In this document: positions 38,162-42,807 of the stretch, one piece after another
Position numbering within the stretch: the stretch's first letter is position 1
How the letters are laid out: each line of letters begins with the position of its first letter
From: Candidatus Iainarchaeum sp.
GTDB lineage: Archaea; B1Sed10-29; WALL01
Assembly (NCBI GenBank): GCA_021162685.1
Contig: JAGGYF010000031.1
Span: 1-42,807 of the forward strand
Reading direction: 5' to 3'
Length of the DNA stretch: 42,807 nt
The notes under the pieces: generated by a model
What the model was told of the DNA's origin: nothing
Databases searched by the model: none
The model's input: the letters and a program-made list of their open reading frames with translations, nothing else
Position numbers and translations under genes: made by a program

Positions 38162-38836
38162 ATGGATATATATGATATCAAAATAGGAGATAAACACATA
38201 AGAATAGTGGGCACTGGCCATGTAATAAAACAATCCATCAAAACAATAGAAAAGGCAATAGAGGAATTTAACCCAGAGGTCATATGTGTTGAGCTTGACA
38301 TGTTCAGAGTAATTAACATGAGGAAAAAAAGAAAACCATCAATAAAACAAGCAGTATCAGGCAGAAACAAGCTTCAAAATATTATCTATTTCTTGCTTTT
38401 CTCTTTGCAGAAAAGGGCAGGAAAAACAATGGGAATGAAGCCAGGTGCAGATATGATGTATGCTATAAATGAGGCAAGGAGAAGGGGGATACCCATCTTC
38501 CTCATTGATAGAGACATAAGGGAAACAATGGAAGATATGATGAAATCTATGTCCTTTTTAGAGAAAATGAGACTCATAAAAGCAATATTTCTTGGGTTTT
38601 TTGAAATGGGAGACAAAGAAGCGATTTCTACTGTCGTAGACCAAAAAGAGGAGATTATGAGAGAGTTTAAAAAGGAATTTCCCTCTTTGTACTACGTGCT
38701 TGTGACAAAACGCAACAGATATATTGCAGAAAACATACTCTCGCTTCCTAACAAGCGCATAATGGTAGTTATTGGTGCTGGTCATGTACCTGGTGTAATA
38801 CGTAATATACAGTCAAGAAAGCGTAAGTTTACGTAA
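38162..38836 (+). CDS. TraB/PrgY (Tiki/TraB) family protein
   Basis: VGTGHV, VELD..R, PGADM, IDRDI, KRN and IGAGHVPG motifs. Confidence 0.9.
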   Translation: MDIYDIKIGDKHIRIVGTGHVIKQSIKTIEKAIEEFNPEVICVELDMFRVINMRKKRKPSIKQAVSGRNKLQNIIYFLLFSLQKRAGKTMGMKPGADMMYAINEARRRGIPIFLIDRDIRETMEDMMKSMSFLEKMRLIKAIFLGFFEMGDKEAISTVVDQKEEIMREFKKEFPSLYYVLVTKRNRYIAENILSLPNKRIMVVIGAGHVPGVIRNIQSRKRKFT

Positions 38837-38854
38837 ACTTTACGTAAAGTTTAC
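38823..38854. repeat. Tandem overlapping palindromes GTAA-N2/3-TTAC x3
   Basis: GTAAGTTTAC GTAAACTTTAC GTAAAGTTTAC. Includes the perfect 16-bp AAGTTTACGTAAACTT and 14-bp ACTTTACGTAAAGT palindromes. Confidence 0.85.
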
Positions 38855-38858
38855 ATAT

Positions 38859-39548
38859 CTACATAGCAATGATCTGGTATTTTGTTCGTCTCCCTTTCTT
38901 AATACTCCTCACATATCCTGCTTCTTGCAATGCCTTCAACCTCTCCCATATATACTGCCTTGTATAACCCACTCTATCAACAAGCTCCAATGTGCTTAGT
39001 TCCTCTTTAGCAAGCGCATCCAATATCTTCTTATCTGCTTCTAATAATTCAATTGTTTGTTCTACATGTGTCAACTCCGTAATATCTTGTGTCAGTTGAC
39101 GTGTCGTATTGTCAATTTGACGTGTCAACTCTGCTTTTCGCTCCTCCAGTTCCCTTATCCTATCATTGATATCCACAATCCCTGACAAGATCCTATCCTC
39201 CTTGACTATGTCTTCATTTATTAATGCCTTTATATCCTCTAAATCGTGCTTTTTGGCCATATCTTCCCCAATAACGTCCAATTTTTCGTTTATAGACCTA
39301 TATAACTCCTCTAACTTGCTTATTCTGTCTTGGATTGTTAGTAGAGGATGTTCAACAGCAGGCGAGTAAACCCTCTGTTCTGGAGCATTTAACGATTCTA
39401 ATGCAATTGTTTGCTCTTTAATTCCAGAAATAAGCTCCTTTTTTTTATTCACCTGTATTTCTTCCTCTTTTCTGTGTTTTAAAGGCTCTTCTTCATTTTT
39501 CTTTTCTTCGCTTCTCTTCTTCTTAAGCAGCCATGACAAGAAACCCAT
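38859..39548 (-). CDS. Protein with amphipathic N-terminus, long coiled coil and C-terminal winged helix
   Basis: N-terminus MGFLSWLLKKK; heptad-rich middle; ArsR-like wHTH ILDALAKEELSTLELVDRVGYTRQYIWERLKALQEAGYVRSIKKGRRTKY. Confidence 0.85.
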   Translation of the reverse strand: MGFLSWLLKKKRSEEKKNEEEPLKHRKEEEIQVNKKKELISGIKEQTIALESLNAPEQRVYSPAVEHPLLTIQDRISKLEELYRSINEKLDVIGEDMAKKHDLEDIKALINEDIVKEDRILSGIVDINDRIRELEERKAELTRQIDNTTRQLTQDITELTHVEQTIELLEADKKILDALAKEELSTLELVDRVGYTRQYIWERLKALQEAGYVRSIKKGRRTKYQIIAM

Positions 39549-39556
39549 GTGTATAT

Positions 39557-39615
39557 TATGTCAGTTGACATATTTAATCATTTAGTTTACGTAACCTTAC
39601 ATGTCAACTGACGTA
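39557..39615. promoter_or_regulatory. Palindromic operator/centromere-like cluster upstream of the coiled-coil wHTH gene
   Basis: TATGTCAGTTGACATA (39557-39572), GTAACCTTAC (39591-39600) and GTCAACTGAC (39603-39612). Confidence 0.7.
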
Positions 39616-39640
39616 TTTATTATTACATCAAATATAATAA

Positions 39641-39946
39641 GAACTCTCACTTTTAATGTTTTTGGGCCATTTTTACATTTTCTACCCTCTTCTCTCACTT
39701 TTTTGGTATGCTCCCTCACTTCTCTCACTTTTCCTGTATGTGAATACCGGAAGTAAACCCCTTGGTTAGAACTCTCACTTTTTCTATTTCCCCAAGGAAC
39801 TCTCACTTTTTAGGCCTTTATTTTCTATCTCCCCTTGCTTACTCTCTCCTTTTTAATGTTTGATGTATGGATCTCTCACTTTTTTGTGATGGCCTGTGGC
39901 ATGTTTAGTGGTAGGGATCTCGTTGCCGAGAACTCTCACTTTTTTT
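39641..39946 (+). repeat. Array of co-oriented CTCTCACTTTT direct repeats (iteron-like)
   Basis: Exact 11-mers start at 39644, 39692, 39722, 39772, 39800, 39873 and 39933, with variants at ~39711 and ~39842. Four copies extend to GAACTCTCACTTTT. Confidence 0.9.
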
Positions 39947-40094
39947 AGGTAGGAGAAGAGCCCCAAAAACGTATAACCAAATAATCCTTTTATAAAATAT
40001 ATAATATAATATACATCTTATATAAGACATTTCTGAAAGAAACCTTTATAAATATCCTTTTACAAAGTATATAACAAAAAACAATGGTGGGTGT

Positions 40095-40364
40095 ATGGAG
40101 CCTGAATTTTTTATAAGAACAAAGCCAGTAAGGGCATTAGTTGCCTTATCTGACAAAAATAGGGAATGGTACGCACATTTATTGGCAAAGGAGATAGATT
40201 GTACCTATGCACATCTAATAAAGCTTTTAGATACCATGGCTGAAGCAAACATAGTAATATTTGAGAGAGAGGGAAGGATAAAGAAGGTAAAACTGACAGA
40301 ATTTGGAGAAGAGTTAGCACATGATTTTGAGACAGTTTTGAGGAGATTAGAAAAGATAAAATAG
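40095..40364 (+). CDS. Small MarR-like winged-helix protein
   Basis: LAKEIDCTYAHLIKLLD..ANIV.FEREGRIKKVKLTEFG wHTH pattern; GGTGG RBS. Confidence 0.88.
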   Translation: MEPEFFIRTKPVRALVALSDKNREWYAHLLAKEIDCTYAHLIKLLDTMAEANIVIFEREGRIKKVKLTEFGEELAHDFETVLRRLEKIK

Positions 40365-40428
40365 AAAAATATACCGAGAAAAAGAGTTTTGGAAAATACC
40401 AAAATGTTTGGTAAAACATTATTGCAAA

Positions 40429-40632
40429 TCATTGCTGTGCCATGTAAGAGATTGTTATAAAACCCACCCATACTGGGGCGAGGACAGGCAGAATAGTGGT
40501 TATTGGAATGTTAAGAAGGTGGAGAATAACCCCTAATACGAATGAGATCACCGTGCTTATACCAATAGAGAGCAGAATAGAAGTATCCCTCCTATGTGGA
40601 GGGTGCGGAGGGTGAGGCGGTTTTGGTGGCAT
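40429..40632 (-). CDS. Small membrane protein with Pro/His-rich N-terminus
   Basis: MPPKPPHPPHPPHRR followed by two TM helices. Confidence 0.7.
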   Translation of the reverse strand: MPPKPPHPPHPPHRRDTSILLSIGISTVISFVLGVILHLLNIPITTILPVLAPVWVGFITISYMAQQ

Positions 40633-40633
40633 A

Positions 40634-41104
40634 TTAAACCCCTATTGCAATAATTGATAAAACCAATATCTCCTCTTCTTCTGGCTTAAGATCAAAAAAT
40701 TCCCCCTCAATGCCCTTTCCAAGATTTGAGAGTAGTGGTATGTATACACCAATAGAACGCAATCTCCCAATGGCCTTATGGTTCTTCATAATCTTGAACT
40801 CCTGGGTGAATAATGTCTCATGTTCATGTATATCAAATAACTTCTTCGCCTTTCTGAATACATCAAAATGCGTCATAATCCCTATTCTCTCATAAACCGA
40901 GCCAATATACTCTCCTTGCTTGTATATTTTTGCATTCCTCACTATTATACCTGACCTCACAATAGTGTAATGTGTATCAAACCAATCCACTTCAAGAACA
41001 TCTTTGTAAAATGGCCGCTCTATTCGTATGATCTCAGTAGAGCTCCCCCTCCTTATCTTCATCAATGCTCCCTTCAATCCAGCACTTAGTTCAAAACTTA
41101 CCAT
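40634..41104 (-). CDS. Hypothetical beta-rich protein, possibly LURP-one/scramblase (tubby-like) fold
   Basis: Alternating beta-strand pattern ending in a hydrophobic C-terminal helix (ILVLSIIAIGV). Confidence 0.5.
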   Translation of the reverse strand: MVSFELSAGLKGALMKIRRGSSTEIIRIERPFYKDVLEVDWFDTHYTIVRSGIIVRNAKIYKQGEYIGSVYERIGIMTHFDVFRKAKKLFDIHEHETLFTQEFKIMKNHKAIGRLRSIGVYIPLLSNLGKGIEGEFFDLKPEEEEILVLSIIAIGV

Positions 41105-41109
41105 CTATA

Positions 41110-41466
41110 TCAGCTCACCGGCGTTTTCCACCTCTTTATGAAACTTTGCCAGATATCTGCCATTTCTTGGCATCTATTGGCAAATTGTTCGGATAATATC
41201 CATTCTCCATCTACCTTTGTTATCATACCAGCATCCCTGAGCTTATCAATCATTGTGTAGTATTCCTGGTGCGTACATCCAAATTCTTTTTGTAGGGCTT
41301 CCCATTCCTTTGCTGGTATTCTCTTCCTCTTTATAAGCGCATAGATGAATGATTCTGCTTTTTGGCTCAATTCTGGCTTTCTGTAGAACAAGCCCTCTAG
41401 TATTGTTCTTAGGTCAGGGATACGTTCCCTTGCTTTGATCTTTATGGTTGTCTCGTACTTTGCCAT
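41110..41466 (-). CDS. Hypothetical protein with probable winged helix
   Basis: EYYTMIDKLRDAGMITKVDGEWILS resembles a wHTH recognition helix plus wing. Confidence 0.72.
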   Translation of the reverse strand: MAKYETTIKIKARERIPDLRTILEGLFYRKPELSQKAESFIYALIKRKRIPAKEWEALQKEFGCTHQEYYTMIDKLRDAGMITKVDGEWILSEQFANRCQEMADIWQSFIKRWKTPVS

Positions 41467-41672
41467 TCCACCACGCTATAATAATATTAAAAACTCATAT
41501 ATATTAGTTGTAGTTCAAGTATAATAAGCACAGAAACCGCAAACAAACAACCCATACCTCAGTATATATCTTATCCTAATACACTATCTTCCGCCTCAAA
41601 TCCCCTAGATTAACAGTAAGATATAGTAAAAAAGAGCACAACCCCGTATTGCTAGTATATCATATCAAAATA

Positions 41673-42038
41673 TTATACAACCCTTAGCGTGGCAGTGGTT
41701 TTCACCTGTCCTGTTGCTTTGTCAAACCTTACCTCATGTTCCCTAACTGTTATCTCAATATTATAGCTACCTGGCTGGATATTATACTTCCCATATATCT
41801 TGAATATAGCATCCTTTGATTGATTAGGCTCTATTCCCCCTAATCTGACCCTTTTCTCCTTTAGCAGGTTTTCTCCTACAAAATTCAGGACAAATGGCAA
41901 TTTTACACTAACAGAGTAGTTCTTTGCAGTATTGCTCCTATTCTTTACCTCAACTGCAAGGATCACTGTTTCCTTTCTTCCAGCAACCATTCTCAATGGC
42001 GTAAAACTTGTTCTGACGCGCATCTGCGGCTCTTCCAT
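41673..42038 (-). CDS. Hypothetical Ig-like beta-sandwich protein
   Basis: VEVKN...YSVSV.LP...IEPNQSK..F.I...PGSYNIEITV CARDB-like pattern; no signal peptide. Confidence 0.65.
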   Translation of the reverse strand: MEEPQMRVRTSFTPLRMVAGRKETVILAVEVKNRSNTAKNYSVSVKLPFVLNFVGENLLKEKRVRLGGIEPNQSKDAIFKIYGKYNIQPGSYNIEITVREHEVRFDKATGQVKTTATLRVV

Positions 42039-42083
42039 CAAACCACCTTACTATTTATACATCTTCTTAGAATAAATACCCAT

Positions 42084-42536
42084 ATGATTCCAGAAAGGGA
42101 GTATATTAAGAGAAGATATATAATAAGGGATATGCGCTACCCAACAAGCGTGAAACTAACAAAGAATTCACTACTTAGATGGTTCTGTCTGAGCATTGGA
42201 TTGCTTTCTGAGGACGAGTCACGGCAGAGTGTAGTACCTATTCTTGATGCATTTTTACACCTACAACTAAGTGAGAGAAGGAACCCAACTATACCAGAGA
42301 TTGCAGAACTAGCAAAACAGCCAGAAAAGGCAGTTAGATACCATATGAATAAACTTGTAGACCTAGGCATTGTAGAGACAAATTCTAGGCAATATAGGTT
42401 TGTGCTGGATGAGCAATCTGATACCCTAGACCTTGTTGAGTCCTTCAAACAGCATTTCTCAAAAAACGTGGAAAAAACCCTGAAAAACATAGAGAAGGCA
42501 GTTTCAGAAATCCAACGCCAGTATAGCCAAGGTTAA
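42084..42536 (+). CDS. Winged-helix (ArsR-like) protein
   Basis: PTIPEIAELAKQPEKAVRYHMNKLVDLGIVE...YRF pattern. Confidence 0.85.
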   Translation: MIPEREYIKRRYIIRDMRYPTSVKLTKNSLLRWFCLSIGLLSEDESRQSVVPILDAFLHLQLSERRNPTIPEIAELAKQPEKAVRYHMNKLVDLGIVETNSRQYRFVLDEQSDTLDLVESFKQHFSKNVEKTLKNIEKAVSEIQRQYSQG

Positions 42537-42807
42537 ACAGCAAAAAAACCCTAAAAAATATCACTTTTTAGATAAGCAATATTTTAGCTTAAATTCAGAT
42601 TATATTAGAAAAAATAAGACTGTATAGTATAAAACAGCGTAAAATAAGGTTTTAATACAAAATAAAACAATATCTTACTGTTTTTACGAAAAGAAGTGCT
42701 ATTCTTCCCTATCCTATTTTTGGGCATAAAACATACTTGTAAGAAGAATTCTTTTAAAAGAAGCTTTTTTAAAATATTCTTCATAAATATATTATAACAT
42801 AGTATAT

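Noticed and set aside
39597-39806. 69-aa minus-strand ORF (KVRE repeats)
   Set aside because: It is the translation of the DNA repeats, which fall in different frames across the array; there is no RBS or protein motif.
39641-39946. Repeat array as a CRISPR
   Set aside because: The repeat is only 11-14 bp with irregular 28-60 bp periods.
40386-40420. Inverted repeats such as AATGTTTGGTAAAACATT between convergent genes
   Set aside because: AT-rich and short; at most a bidirectional terminator, not distinctive.
41540-41600. CAAACAAACAAC and GCGGAAG..GTGTATTA similarity to 22001-22062
   Set aside because: Low-complexity short matches in a different order; likely chance.
537-42490. Numerous antisense/overlapping ORFs in the supplied track (e.g. 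2459-2836, 18771-19337, 24089-24610, 26960-27559)
   Set aside because: They lie opposite well-supported genes and have Ser/Phe/Ile-rich shadow composition with no motifs.
42749-42762. 14-bp palindrome TTCTTTTAAAAGAA near the window end
   Set aside because: Expected by chance in very AT-rich DNA, and the downstream gene is outside the window.

Overview
AT-rich, compactly packed archaeal chromosomal segment. Evidence for archaea: rpl39e, rpl31e, rps19e, eIF6, prefoldin, Rpo6, split GuaAA/GuaAB, PurP and an A1:U72 initiator tRNA. A DPANN-like host is only a weak impression. 1-12.5 kb: de novo purine operon (purB, purM, fused PurS-PurL, purQ, purC, guaAB/guaAA, two PurP paralogues and a full bifunctional purH). 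13.7-22.4 kb: minus-strand housekeeping superoperon (rnp4-rps19e-PDCD5-rpl39e-rpl31e-eif6-rpl18a-pfdA-ftsY-srp54-phosphoesterase-pus10-A24 peptidase). Further on are tRNA-Val, dnaG, CBS proteins, a stand-alone NurA-HerA pair, thiC, rpo6-rps17e, tRNA-iMet and nadK. Main signals not captured by the ORF track: (i) a locus at 38.8-40.4 kb where a protein with an amphipathic N-terminus, coiled coil and winged helix has GTMA-N2/3-TKAC palindrome clusters before, inside and after its own gene, next to an array of CTCTCACTTTT direct repeats and an AT-rich tract (candidate origin/chromosome-tethering system with no cdc6 in the window); (ii) a two-hairpin H/ACA guide RNA whose pockets fit 23S rRNA H69 and the A-loop; (iii) two short GC-rich palindromic inserts that share a motif, each lying between duplicated gene 3' ends (purH, tRNA-Val); (iv) a 36-aa Zn-finger microprotein and two pseudogenes. 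All calls come from reading the sequence by eye; no database searches were run.
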